This document shows, one piece after another, positions 23,856-37,520 of a DNA stretch of 64,000 nt. The position numbers were made by a program, and so were the translations under genes. The notes beneath the pieces were generated by a model. That model did no database searches and was not told where the DNA came from. It saw only the letters and a list, made by a program, of their open reading frames with translations. This stretch comes from Camelus ferus. Its lineage: Eukaryota. The stretch spans positions 12,340,001 through 12,404,000 of the forward strand of contig NC_045696.1 in the NCBI RefSeq assembly GCF_009834535.1, read 5' to 3'. The stretch's first letter is position 1. Every line of letters starts with the position of its first letter.

Positions 23856-25267
23856 CCTCCCTATTTGCTTATGAGAAGGCAGTGGGGTGGTGGAAGGGAA
23901 TTTGCCCATAGACGGGAACTCAAGCTCAAATTACACAAGATGCCACTTGTGTGGTTGTGGGTGAGTGAATCAGCCTCTCTATTCTTCATTTCCTTCATCC
24001 TTAATATGGAGGATAAATATTTTCCCTCAGGCCCCCTCTGGGGTTGTTTGAGGATCAAAAATCACAGAGTGGCTTGCAAGTGGTGAGCATGAGTAAGCCA
24101 GGGCTCCCTCCCAACTTGGACGTTCTCTTTCTCACTCTGCTATTGATCTAATAGAAGCCCTCAGTAACTAAATTGTTTCTTCCCTCCATTTTACCAGATA
24201 CTGCTCTCTGGTGAAAAAAAAAAAAAAACAAATAGTGGTTATTCATTTTTAGGGATATTGTAAAATAAATATTTGCAAGTTTCTTCATTCTCCACTCAAG
24301 TTTTAATGCACCTATTAGCAACCATCTAAAAATATGTCTTAGATTATCTACCATGCAGCAGTAGAACATTTACCCTTAAAAATAGTAATCCCCACATAAA
24401 AATAGACCTTTTATAACCAAATCTATTAGTTTATTCTCTCATATAAAGGACCACTTTGGAAATCAGAAAAAATCATAATTCCTAATCCTTAATTTTTTTC
24501 TTCACTTGTGTCCATTTGTCGAGGGATCAATCGGAATGTCTAAAACTTTCAGAAAGAGAGTATGATAAAGAAAATCATACAAACGAGTTAAGAGTGACCA
24601 TTATGGACATGTGGGCATGACCTTGGACTTCGTGGGCATAAAAAATTGGTAACTGCAATGGAGAAAAATACAAACCCAGAGTCTGCGTCACTTGCAGACT
24701 TCTTACCAGAACTCTGCCATTGACACAACCACACAACCACCATTTTGCACAATTTCTCATATTCATGGTTTGTTTCAGGAGATACTCTTCAAGCAGCCAA
24801 ACCATGCAGTGGCCACCTGTGTCATGTGGACCATAATTCACTATTAATTCTGATTATTGAAAGCAGATGCTATATTCCCATAGAACTATTCTAGTGAAAT
24901 GTCCTAATCATTGAATGGAAGTATTTAGTAGCAGACTTTGTTCTGATATAACCCAATAAAGTCTTTCTGGATCATGACATCCTTATTTGTTAGGAGACAT
25001 AGGGAGGTAGGGTGGAGGAGGAATAAGCAAGGGTTATTACTGCTGACTGCTAATATTTTGCCCTGTTATCTCCCTCCTATCCTTCAAAAGCTATATGAAT
25101 TTTATATGATTTGTATGAATTGTTTTAATGTTTCTAGTGTCCAAAAAGAGATTAGGTGTAATAATTATTCGGCTCAACTACCAAACTTAGTACCAGACAA
25201 TGTGTGAAATATTGGAGATAAGATAAATAAGACATCATTCCTGCCTCAAGGACTTTACAGTCTAGAA

Positions 25268-25491
25268 TAAGGGTTCTCAACCTCAGGGCTACCGATACTC
25301 AGGTAAGTCTTTGTTGTGGAGAACTGTCCTGTACGTGGTAGGATGTTTCATATCACCCCTGGCCCCTACTCACTGGATGTCACTAACATCTCTTACCCTT
25401 GATCCAGCATTGTGACAATGAAAAATGTCTCCACACATTGCTGGCTGTCTTTGGCAGGGAAGGCAAAATCGCCTCCAACTAAAGACTACTG
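25268..25491 (+). mobile_element. MER20 hAT MITE inserted in L2
   Basis: ggttctcaacc…ctgtcctgtacgtggtaggatgttt…tgtgacaatgaaaaatgtctccacacattgc…ggcaaaatcgcc. 8-bp TSD gtctagaa / gtttagaa. Confidence 0.9.
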
Positions 25492-26469
25492 GTTTAGAAG
25501 GAGGAAGTAGATATTGAAAATGCAATGATTGACACGAGCACAATAATAGAAAAAAATACATAGCATAAAATTGAGGCGAAGCAAAGTGTCAGGAAATGCT
25601 TTGAGCAGAAAAAGGATCAGGAGTGTGATCACAGACCTTCTTTCTGACCAAGCATATTTGCTGTTTCTATTGCAAAGCTATCTAGGATGGGGGTGACAGG
25701 CATTGTGTGAGGTGGTCTCCTCTTAGAACCCTAAATGGGAACTTCCTATTTGGCTTATCCATCCTACCCTTCCCTGGATTGAAAGGGATAGTTTTCAAAT
25801 ATCCCTTTCAGTTTATTTTCCCCCCAGATGAAAAATATTCCAATGCTGTATCCTCTTCTTGCCTGCAGCTCAGTAAATTTATTTGCTCTTGCAGATTATT
25901 GCAAGCATGGTTAAGCAGAAGGAAAGTTTGAAATAAAATTCTTGAATTTCCCTCTGTTCCTGCATGGCAGGAGGGTGGCTCAGAAGTCCTCATGTGCCAT
26001 GTGGAGGTTTCCAAGGGCAGAAATACTAAGAGCTGGTGAGACTACAGTGGACCATTAATATAGCATGAGGCTAAAGTTCAAAGGGCTCTCAGAGCCTGTA
26101 AGAGTCAAGGTGGTGTCAAGTCAGCAAGAAAGGAATACTGAGAGCGTCCTTACTGGGAGAAACAGAGATCAGAGAAGAAATCTGGAATGCTAGACATAAA
26201 CCTAAAAGAAATGAAATGACCTCCAATAAATTACATAGAAAAAAAAACTGAAATAGCATTAAAAGCATGTTAGGATTCCTCATTAGAATAGGGAATCATT
26301 GAGGAAGACGCTATCAGCTGTGGAAAATGAATAAGCTCCGTATTCTTTGTCTATCTTCCTTTTGGTATGAAGACTTTCTATTCCACTACACAAGAACTTT
26401 GAGATTGGAAATAAAAATTCTGCAGGACTGCAAGCAAAGTGGTTTAATTAAGGTCTGGGTACTCAGAGA

Positions 26470-27320
26470 AGAACACATATAATTTTGAACAGACATTGGG
26501 GAATGACTAGGAAGTACCCTGTTGAAGAGAGGGCAAAGGAGTGTTCTGGCGAAAGGAATGGATGTCAGAAGCCCCAGATGTGAAGGAGATTCAGGTGAAT
26601 TTGAGAAGTAGAATATATACATACAGTGTTTCTAAAGTGAAGAGAGACATACTAGTCAATATTTATTCAGGGTGAATTATATTTCATGAACTAAGCTAAA
26701 TTCTTTATGAACATTATCTTGGTGAATTTTCATAACAAGCTAACAAGGTAGGAGGTTTTAGTTTCCCTACGATTTAGCTATTATTATCAACTTCATCATC
26801 ATAGTCAGATTTGTGTTTTAGAAAGTGTACAGGTAAAAGAATGAGGAAATGGATTAAGAAAAACAAATTAATTTTTCCTAGGGTGTGCAGTGCAGTGCAC
26901 ACCCTAGGAAAAATTGAAGTTCCAGACTATGGCATTAGTTCTTGAAATGGAAAAGAAGGGAAGGATTCATGAGTTTGTTCAATGGTTGAAAAAGACTGAT
27001 GCAAGCAACACGTTTTTAAAGTTTAAAAGGGAAAGGAGTTGAATGAAGCCAAAGCTTTGACCATGGAGAACAAATAGCAAATTACTACCACCAGGAGATG
27101 GAGCAATAGGAGGGAGAAGGTCCAGCTGAGGGACACCAGGATGTGGAAAGGTAGTCAGTGAAATGAGGAGTTAAGATTTGCACTGCTGAGTGTGAGGTAC
27201 CAGCAGGTAGTTTGAGATTGGAGACTAGAGCTTTGCAATAAAAGATGTCCAAAGACATCAGTTTAGACGACTTTCACCTTGAGGTAAAAGTTGAGGTCCC
27301 AAGAGTGAATAAACGATGGG
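26470..27320 (-). mobile_element. Fragmented L2, with a possible MIR piece at ~26660-26780
   Basis: Purine-rich L2-like blocks, e.g. gagtgttctggcgaaaggaa, gctgagtgtgaggtacc and ttgagattggagactagagct. Confidence 0.5.
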
Positions 27321-27723
27321 AAAGAAAAGACAAATTAAAACAATTACTGACAGTTTGACTGAAAAAATCGTCCCATAGCATACATGCATAAGTCCACCCT
27401 ATCTCACTTTCTGCTCAAACATTAACAATTCCAAGAACAAAACCAATACTGCTTTTGGTGATGTTTGCACGTAACGGGCCAGGACAAGTGACCATGATCT
27501 TAATACTGATTCTTTTCTATGGCTTTCCCTGATATAACCATTTCTAAGCTTTATTCTCTCTCAATACTCCTATGAGAGCCATATGTTACATTATCCTACC
27601 ATCGTGGCCATGGTCCTGACTTTCTTACTTATTTCTTAGACCATGTACTAAATAAGGTGGGAGCTTGGAGAGGGAAGCATGAATGTTTAAGTGTTGCTGG
27701 GGCAAATAAAATAGTGACTTCCC

Positions 27724-28250
27724 AAAACAACCTAAGTGTCCGTTGATAGATGACTGGATAAAGAAGATGTGGTACGTGTATACAATGGAGTATTACTCAG
27801 CCATAAAAAGAATGAATTAATGTCATCTGCAGTAACATGGATGGACCTAGAGATTTTCATACTAAGTGAAGTCAAACAGAGAAAGACAAATATCATATGA
27901 CATCACTTATATGTGGGAACCTTAAAAATGATACAAATGAACTTATTTACAAAATAGAAACAGACTCACAGTCATAGAAAACAAATGCATGATTACCAAA
28001 GGGGAAGTGGGAGGAGGGATAAACTAGGAGTTTGGGATTAATTTGGGATTAATACACTACTGTATATAAAATAGATAAACAACAAGGACCTGCTGTATAG
28101 CACAGGGAACTATATTCAGTATCTTGTAATAACCTGTAATAGAAAAGAATCTGAAAAAAATATATATATTTATATTTATATAACTGAATCACTTTGCTGT
28201 ACACGTGAAACTAACACAACATTGTAAATCAACTATGTTTCATTGAAAAA
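27724..28250 (+). mobile_element. 5'-truncated L1 3' end (older cetartiodactyl type)
   Basis: caacctaagtgtcc…gactggataaagaagatgtgg…actgaatcactttgctgtacacgtgaaactaacacaacattgtaaatcaactat. Imperfect TSD aaata(a)aatagtg. Confidence 0.92.
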
Positions 28251-29899
28251 TAAATAGTGTCCTCCCCATTAAAGCATCGAGCCTTATAGCTTGACATCAT
28301 TAAATGAATTCAACCTGATTTGTCGAAAGTCCCTTCTCTGTTTTGTCCCCAAAATAACCTAAATATATAAATATTGAGGGTAATGTAGCAAATGTTTAAC
28401 ACTTTGCCTTTTCCTCATTATCTGTCTTTGGTTTATTAAATTCTGTCCACTTACAATTACCTTCCCCCTAGTCAGCAATAGTCAAAACTCAATCTTTCAG
28501 TATCTATTCAGGAATCTATTCAGGAATCCTTTGAGGAAGTTGTCCTTGCTCTATCCTTAAGGGAATGGGCTGTCAATCACTCTGTGTCCCTTAGCACGTA
28601 ACCTCTCTGTTAAAGCATCTTTGTTCTCATGTTTGAGTGGTATATGTGTGTGAGTGGGTGTGTATGAGTATGACTGTGATAGGAGTTAATGAAACAAACA
28701 CATGGTCATGTAAGTAGTAACAATTAGAAGGGTGTCATGAAAACACAGCCTTGAATCCTCTCCCCCTAACCCCACCACTTCATATTGAAAATTTTCAGTA
28801 GGAAAATCCCCCTACATTTGCAAATAGCAACATTGTAATTAGCCTTCAGTTGTATTTCCTTACTGGTGATGCAGCTCTCCTTTCCACACAATGTGAGACC
28901 TTGTCATAACTGAGCCGTTGTATAATGGATTGGAGGAGCATGTAATTTAAACATCTGGATTCTTCTACACATGTTTCATTAGCTATTGCTGCAAAAGCCA
29001 ATATGAACTCTATGCTGATGCAATTAAATGTGACTGGAAAAATACATGCATCCCACATTTTTAGTTATACATATGTATGTACTTGGCATTCAATTCAATA
29101 TAGTCACAGGAATTTTAAAAAGAAAAGCTTTCTACAGCCATGTCTGTTAACCATCATTGTGCTGCTTCCTGGAAGCAAGGGAAAAGTGAGCAGTCCTGGG
29201 CTGCCGGCCACTTCACCACATTGCCACAGCGAGAGAATATTTAATAATAAATAAACGCAGTTGAGAATCAGGATTTCTAGTCTGCTCTTTATGGCAGTAA
29301 AACTACACTTCAATTTGAAATTGTCCAGAATGGCATAAAAAGAGGGTCCTTATCCAACATTTCTTAATTTGCAAGAACACGAAACAGGTGGGTTACCGAG
29401 TAGCACTCCTACCCCGATCACTGTCGTACTAAAGTGTCCTCAGAAGTGTGTGGACTCACACTGAGTCAGGAGAACACAGCTCATTAGCTCCACAGTACTG
29501 GGCGAGCCAGCCCAGAGTGAAGTCCAATAGCAAGGGCGCTGAGAGAGGGGCAGACCTGCACTCTTTCACTTTCACTCTTGCAGTCCCAGTTCTGCCCTTT
29601 ACGTGCCAAAGACAAAGTAATCCATGCCCACGTTGGCCAAGGGAGTGGCCCTTCCCTTTCAAGTTTCTGTATGCCTCAGAAGAGAGGGCACTCTCCTGTA
29701 TGTCTTCTTTCATAATTGTTACAAAGGAAGAAGATGCACTTTTCTTTTCCCTTGTTTGGTCATTTGCCACAGGAAAATGCTGAGTTACATAGTATCTGTA
29801 TTCTTTCAGTCTGAAATCTCTCACCCTCTTTCCAAACTAAGTAAATATTAAACCAAAGGCGGTGTGCTGTTATTAATTTAAATCACCCAAATTGTCCTA

Positions 29900-30350
29900 C
29901 CGGAAAATAGATGTGCAGGTTTCTTCAATCAGATTTCCTGCATACAGACACTGAGATTTGCATACAGGGGGTTTTCCAGTAAGTCATCTCTGGGATAATA
30001 CATGCAAGGGAGTGATGGAAGCAGGACTTTGCAGAGGGAAGAGTTGAATTGTGGTACAGTTACATCAGAGGCTTCAGCATGGAGAGCTCTGAATCTAGGA
30101 AAGCCCTTGAGAAATATCCCAAGCTAAGTCAAGGGGATCAGGCCTTTGAATCCCCAACTGACCAGTTACTGGATTCTGAGCGCCCCCGGAAAGGGAGCAT
30201 AACCTTGAGGGAAGGAGTCTCTTTCCATCAAGGACGATTCTCAGAGGGACATAGCTCAGAGTCATCGGCAGCCAACATATTCAGGGTTGGAGAATGAGCA
30301 TCTTGGTCTGAAGTGGGTGATCTGGATGGCACATAACGGTGTCCACTACG
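29900..30350 (-). mobile_element. LTR16-family ERVL LTR
   Basis: gagatttgcatacagg…gaagcaggactttgcagagggaagagttgaa blocks. The right end reverse-complements to gtagtggacaccgttatgtgccatccagatc. Confidence 0.7.
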
Positions 30351-31250
30351 GTCCACCCTAATTTAAGATGGTTGGATCTACTTGCCTCTGGTAATATGTT
30401 CTCCCCATCTAAGAACATCTTCTTCTGGATTCTTACTGGTCTCATTTTTTCCAATGAAACTCGCAAGAGGAAGGTTAGAAGGATGAGCTACTACAGCCCT
30501 CTCCACCACAGATGTCCTGAAGACTCCAAGTGATACATCATCAGTGCCCAACTTTACTGACCATTCTAGGTTCTCCACACCCTCAGCTTGCACCTCTGTT
30601 GGTCTAGTTTGCTTACCTGTTGGGGTGACCCAAACCCTCATCTGTAAGTGGTCTGAGTCCCTGGTTACCATGAAGTTCTTGAGTCACAGGCTGCTGCACT
30701 TGCCTATTGCCAAGAAACACACTAGTGGATCAGTGGTGCCAAACTGCCCCCAGCAGTGAAAGAGCAAACTCTTCTCCACTTGATAATCGAGATCACTTAC
30801 CCTGACATGATATCTTCTTTCCTTGCCTGTTTGTCTGTTGATATGAGGAACTAAAAATGATCAGGAAGCCATAAGAGCTTAAAGTTCAATAGGATTTTCA
30901 TTATATCTCCTAGTGAAAGCATTTACTTTCTAGGATCAAAGACTTCCCAACCCACAGTTGGGAAAATTGAGAAGAAGTTAACATACCTCCCAAGTGGGTC
31001 ATGGGATTGATGGCAAACTAGGTCACTCCATTCCCTTATTTCTAGACCCTTTTGTCCCACCTGCCGGGAAAACAGCATCATATTACAGTCACTGATTTAG
31101 GTTATTTAATACACCATGGAAGATAGTTCCCCATCCTTGCAAATGTCAACACCAAGTTCGCATATCAGTTGCACCAAAAATCTACCCCCTCCCTCTCCCA
31201 GGCTAAGAGCTTCTGACTAGTAAGGTATAACCCCTTTAATTATACATTTG
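30351..31250 (-). mobile_element. ERVL internal remnant (integrase end and dUTPase region)
   Basis: Minus-strand translation of ~30750-30946 gives EVFDPRK*MLSLGDIMKILLNFKLLWLPDHF*FLISTDKQARKE…DLDYQVEKSLLFH, a decayed ERVL dUTPase. It abuts the LTR16-like LTR. Confidence 0.75.
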
Positions 31251-32000
31251 GGGACCAAGGAAGTGATTGCTGTGTGAATCTGAGGAACCAGCCCACTCAT
31301 AACGAACCTGACCTGAGCTAGCACTACACTTAATACTTTTCCTCCATATATGCTCACTCCGAAAAATGGAATAGGACTATGTCTCGGTCCCTGGATATCA
31401 GTGGTAGCTCAGATCCTGTGTTCAATTATCCTTGAAATGTCTACATATTCCTCTTTCCCTAGTGCATATTACCCAAATGATTTTCCTATGCCCCTTGGGA
31501 GCAGATCTTGTGAATCGTTACTATATAAACATGTCAGATTGCACTATTTTTCTTCCTGATGGCCATAACAACTGTAATAATGTCTCCAAATAATATCTAA
31601 TACAAGGAAATACTACTTGAAATAGAAGTGGCAATAATAAAATGGTCAAGTGTGCCGTTTACACTGAGATCAAAAGAGTTCAATTATATGTCTATAATCT
31701 GTATATTATATATCTAAACATCCATACTTTGTTCCACCTATATATCTACATCTATCTACTTATAAATATGCAAATACATATATATGTATATAAAATATTT
31801 CCTAACAATAGACTATTAATAAAAACTGGTATTTTTGTGAATGAGATAAGAATAGATCCTCCTTACCTTCTATAAGGGTGACATCACTATGACTACTTCC
31901 ACTTCGTGGCATCCAAAACTCTCCTCTCCCAGACAGCAAGCTTATGTCTCACGGCAAGTGTAATACCCTATACATACTTCACACAAAGGTTTTGAAGAGC

Positions 32001-32556
32001 TACTAGGAGACAATATTCCATGAGTCTCTCAAATTCCTTCATGTTCTGCCCTTCATCCAGATTATATTTTCAAGGATGTTTGTGTACTGGGCAGCTTTGG
32101 AAAACAGAGATAGCATCTCCCTCTGGAGCCAAGGGAAGATTTGATTACAGGCTTAGAAAATGGATGTAATGTTTTCCTCCAAAGTAAAGGGCATGTTTAC
32201 TTACTTTCCAGATTAGTCAAGATAATATCTACCCAAAGCAAAAGGCAGGCATCTTGCTTCCCATTATTATAAGATTTGAGTTCCCTAAATTCAGAGGTCC
32301 ATTTCCTATAATGCAACCCACTATATGTATAGGTATCAATTGGCCCTGTTCGTATCCCCCTATGAGAATTGGGTCTGAAGAAGCAGCATGAAATTGCTGA
32401 TACTCTGGCTACCACTATTGCTGTGAGTAATAAACTGCCCTTCGTCTCTAACCCAGGGATCTCATATCTTTTACCAGCATCCAAAAATCTGTGTCAGGCT
32501 AACTGTGCTAGTTTGCAAGTAGAATAAAAATCTGATCATCTTCACAGTTTTAGACA
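32001..32556 (+). mobile_element. ERVL solo LTR, MER54/MER74-like
   Basis: taggagacaatattccatgagtctctc start, gagtaataaactgcccttcgtctctaacccagg poly(A) block, ends …cacagttttagaca. Confidence 0.7.
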
Positions 32557-32945
32557 CTCTTTTATGTGATTATGTTTATTCCAAACATCAGCCACAGTGT
32601 TTTACCTGACATTCTACAAAACACTTTGCAGATAGATAACAACCATCAACCATCTATGTGTGTTCCATCTGGGAAAGGGAGGTCCTAAGCCATGAAGGTA
32701 TTATCTTCCCCAAATCCTATAATTATTTTACGATGGAACCAGAAGCTATATGTTGCTTGTCTGACTTTACTACAGTGGGCACTGTCAGCTGAGTGCTTCC
32801 CATTTCTGTACTTCAGAGAAAAATCTTACGGAATTTTGCATCCAGAGCTCAGAGTAGAGTCTTTTACACACCTCTCATCTTTCAACGTTTAAACCTAAAA
32901 AGAGAATCAGCATTGCTTTATTCCTATAAGAATAGCGATGTCATA

Positions 32946-33120
32946 GTATAGCACAGAGAACTATATTTAATATCTTGTAGGAACCTATAACAAAAAAGAA
33001 TATGAAAAAGAATATAAATATGTATATGTATGACTAAAATATTAGGAAGTACACCAGAAATTGACACAACATTGTAAACTGACTATACTTCAATTTTTAA
33101 AAAGTGAAGAAAAAAAAAAA
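32946..33120 (+). mobile_element. Short L1 3' end with A-tail
   Basis: gtatagcacagagaactatatt…caccagaaattgacacaacattgtaaactgactatacttcaa. Confidence 0.9.
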
Positions 33121-33254
33121 GATTGTAGCTTCTCTATTTCTGGCCAGAAACCAGACTCTTTGAGTCCTAGCCGTATTTCTCACCCACTAGAGAAATATTA
33201 TCACTCTATTTTTTTGCACCAATCATTTCTTAAATCAAAAAGTGTATAAAACAT

Positions 33255-33490
33255 AAGAATGAAGAGGATAAATTCTGGAGTTAGAGTTCTCCTGAAGTGA
33301 GTAGCTCTAATGTAATTTGAGTAAGTTAGTTAACCTCTCAATGCTTCTGTTTCCTCATCTATGACAGGAAAGTAATAATTGCATCTACATAAAGGGTTGT
33401 TTATAAGGATTAAATATATTAGTATTTGCAAAGCATTCAGAAAAGTGTTCAATACATAGTCAGAGTCCATGAATGTTATTTATCAGCTAT
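33255..33490 (+). mobile_element. MIR SINE
   Basis: ttgagtaagttagttaacctctcaatgcttctgtttcctcatctatgacagg…gggttgtttataaggattaaat. Confidence 0.8.
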
Positions 33491-33748
33491 TAAATACAAC
33501 TTCCTCATTAATGATATTTTTGCTTGAGCTTAAGGTTAACTACACAATGACAATTTCAATAAAACATTGAGTGGAACCTCATTTCAGTGACACCAAAGAC
33601 AAAGTCACTCACTACTCATTAACATAAAGTCACTTCCTTTAATTATTTCAGCGGTCTCTTTTCATGAGAATGAAATGATAATCCCAAATGATTCCTCACT
33701 TTCAATTATGAACACAGATGACAAGACGTAATATTTTTAAGGTGAAAC

Positions 33749-33880
33749 TAATGAAAAAGAATATGAAAAGGAATATATATATATATATATCTGTGTAACT
33801 GAAACACTATGCTATACACCAGAAATTAACACATTATAAACCGACTTTATTTCAAGTAATCAATCAATAAATCAATCAAT
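33749..33880 (+). mobile_element. Short L1 3' end with tail converted to (AATC)n
   Basis: taatgaaaaagaatatgaaaaggaatat…acaccagaaattaacacattataaaccgac. Flanks tgaaacta / tgaacta. Confidence 0.85.
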
Positions 33881-35419
33881 TGAACTAAAGATTTTTAAGT
33901 CCATCTTCTTTCTCAGTACTTTGCTGCTCAATCCCATAGCCTTCCCCCCGAGAAGAATCTCTACCTTTTGGGATGGGGCCACTGAATGTCATCTTAAACC
34001 CCCCGTATCATTACTGGGCACACTCAACATTAAGGTCCACAGGCTTGACTACTTCCAGTACTTCTACGTATTTTAAAGAGAATAACCTTCAGACTTCAAA
34101 GTAATTAATCTCTCTCTGTATATATCTGAACCAGAGATCCCTTGCTTCCCTATAAGGTTGAGCCTGGCTCAGGTAACCATCTATGTAGCAGATTTACACT
34201 TTAAGATCAAGTGAGTTAATGGCACCATAAGGAACTGCGATCACATCAGCTTAGGGGGTTATTGACTTTGGCCTCTGACATCAGTTTAAACCTGAAGCCA
34301 GAATTTATGAGCTGCTTAGAGATATGTTTTTAACCTCTAGGAACTGCACATCCCTGTGGTGACAAACACAGTTGGAAGTCTACAGAACCTGAATGGCTTT
34401 CTTGGCTCGTATGGTGGATGTGCATGATTACCTAAAATGCTGGAGAACTTAAGAGAAATATTAATGACGCTGAAGAATTTCATCAAAGTTGAAGAATCTG
34501 ACTGTATTCAGATGCATTTAGGTAGCATTCAGAATTAATAAACTGGTGAGCAATGCCCTAGGCACAGTGATACCAAATAAATACAGTAGTAAACAGACAA
34601 TATTTATTTCATGAGTTAAAAAAAAGGTCTAAGTAATCTCAGAACATTTTTCTTTACAAACAAGCCATTATCTTCCAATAGAGACAATTTCTTTACCAGC
34701 AAAAACCGTATTCATTTCTTGATTTAGGTAATTTTCATACCATGGTGAAGTTCCTCTGAGTGAACACTGCTTACAATAATTGAGAATACTGCTTTGTTCT
34801 GAACAGCCCATTAGTCTCTATTGTAACCAGACAAGGTGGTGAGAAACTCCAAATGCAGCCCTTTGACTGGAGCTTGGTTCTCACTTTGGGGAAAAGGTGG
34901 TAAATTCTTGCTTCATGCTAAGAAAAGGCAGTCAATTCCTTCTTTTCCTATATGTGGTTGGGCACTGAGATTCCAGAGAGAAAAAGAATCCCATCAAAAG
35001 TCACTTGACATCCATCCGTCTCTGACGTAACAAAGAGCTCCGCTGCAAGTGAGCTGATGTGACTGCCTGCTAAGACTGAATCGGTAGATGCTGCCATCAC
35101 TCCAGATACGCAGAGAACCTGCACAGAGGTGAACCACCACATTAACCCCTCTAAGCACACCCATGTGGACATTCTTCTCAAAGGCATGTATTATAGTAGT
35201 TAAAATCTGTCTATATTTAGAAAAAAAAATAACATCAAGTATCAGATATTTCACAGACCTGTACACTAATAAAATAGATGTTCATTCTTCCCAGATGATG
35301 TTCATTCATTAAACAATAACAAGATTCATGAAAACTGGAACATAACATACATTACATTGAAAGAAATACTGGTGGTTGGGATTTTAGCTTAGATTCATTC
35401 TTTTTTATTCCATAAAAGA

Positions 35420-35850
35420 TGTATTTATTGTTTACTCATACCTGGTACCACATTAAATATCAGTAATTCAAAGAACTATAATACAATACTGTCTTTGTCC
35501 CCACATAAAGCCAAACTCAACAGGGAGAAATAAACACATTAACAAATAATCCTAATACGGTGTGTGTTAACTGTCACAATACAGGAATGATTTTTTTTAC
35601 ATCAAGACTTGGAACTCTCATAAAGATACCATTTGAACTCAGTCTTGAAAAATGAGGGAAAGGGGGGGATGGATATTCACAACAGAGAAGCTTCAAGTGC
35701 AAAGTCAAGGCTGACTGAGCAAACACAGTTTATTCAGGTGCTATCTGGAAGTTCCAGAGCTGCAGCACAGAACAGATGTAGAACAGTGTCAGGAGATAAG
35801 GCTGGAAAGGTAGTTTATAATCCTCATGTGAAAGACCAAGAGGGCCTGAA
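35420..35850 (-). mobile_element. L2 3' fragment
   Basis: gtatttattgtttactcatacctgg…atttgaactcagtcttgaaaaatgag…ggagataaggctggaaaggtag. Confidence 0.6.
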
Positions 35851-37520
35851 AAAGTCGCCCATGACCCTTCACAAAATAAAACAATTTTTCAACAGATTCT
35901 TTTTTAAACCAATTACTTAAAATTTCTCAATAAAAATGGGCAAGATGAAACTTTCCACCAACATAGGAAATGTTTGTTGAAAAATAATACAATCTTATGA
36001 CCACATACCCACGTGAAGCTTAAAATTCCATTTTACAGAATCATAAACATGGCTTTTTGAAGTCACACGCAGCCGTGATAGTTCATAATTATAAGGAAAC
36101 TAAACAGAAAGAAAACAAACTAGGTCAGCAATGTAAGGCACTAATCATCCGATCCTGTTCAGTCTGTTTTAGACTTCTGAAGACTAATTCTTCCAATATG
36201 TGAAGCTAGAAGATTGGCTTCTTTCTAATCTTAGTGGAAAAGTAAAACAAAAATAAATTCAAATCTTTGGAGCTAAAAACGGTGTGTAATTATTGGACCA
36301 TTTCCACAGGCATGGACAGTCTTCAATGTATCATAGACAGCTTCAGTCCAGTATTCACAGACATTCTAGAAAAAAAAAATCTTATAATAAAGCAGGCAAA
36401 CAGAACAGACTTCTCCCACTAGTCTGCCTGTCCCCCCTTCACCCATCCCATTTTAAGGCACTATCTTGCTGCAAAATAAGATTCTTTAGAAGCCTCTGTA
36501 GGTTGACTGAAAAGCAATATTTACATTTTAGAAAAGAACAAAGATGTGATTCAAGGAAAGCGAGATTTTGAACTTCATCTTCCAAAATATGTTCTCATTT
36601 TGACTTTTTTAATTTTGTGACTTTGTGTTCCCAAAATGCCTACCATTTTAAATTATCTTGGTTACTGCAACCATACTCTAGGCTAGTCTTATTTCATAGG
36701 ATGTTCAAAATTTTAGGATATTGCATTCATACAGGAACAATCTAGCTGCAACATCACATGAAAAATGAAATGAAACTATATGTTCTTAGGCAATTTTTAG
36801 AGGATTTACATTAACTCAGTACATTTTTTCTCGTGTCTAAATGGATGGTCTTGCTTTGTATGTGTTACAGTTCAGCAACAAAAAATACTTATTTTGGTGA
36901 AGAAATAAATTATAAAGACGTTTTAAACATTTTGCTGTAAATTTCCTAAATAATTCTTTTAGTCATCTGCTTTGCTCTCATACTGGAAAGAATCTAAGAC
37001 ACTCATGTGAAATCAGTATAAACACCCATCTGTGCCTTAACTCATCAAGGACTCTATTATATTTCTAACTCCATTTTAAGAGTTCATTCTTGTGAATTAG
37101 TTAGCTATTCCTAGGACTGAAATTATTTTTCCCATAGTGTCTATATTGAAAGTTTCTGTTTATGATTTAGTATCCATAAAAAAATCAACATTTAACACAG
37201 AAATTTTCTTTTTTAATTTACCACTTGATAATTTCACTAACTCATACTAACCATTCTACTGAAAGCAACAGGAAAAAATGGCTAATATATTATGGGTATA
37301 TAGATAAATAAATATGTATAAATATATGTAAATATATACACATATATAATAGCTAAGTATTTACATATAAATAATTATTTGAAGAGCTAAGATAAACAAG
37401 CTTTGAGGAATCAGGATCTAAGAAGAGGGAGGAACAAGAAGTTGAGAACAAGAATCTGATTTTTCTACCCTTCAATAGACATGTGCCAGATCTTAGGTAA
37501 AGCCAAAAGATTAAACCAAA

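Noticed and set aside
28502..28528. Short tandem duplication atctattcagga x2
   Set aside because: An isolated, ordinary slippage duplication.
29448..29851. Overlapping 111, 122 and 75 aa ORFs
   Set aside because: ORFs on both strands, the two longer ones with non-ATG starts, and no recognisable protein; consistent with chance.
31690..31800. AT-rich (TA)-like tracts, also at ~11460-11525 and ~37280-37350
   Set aside because: Low-complexity sequence with no further structure.
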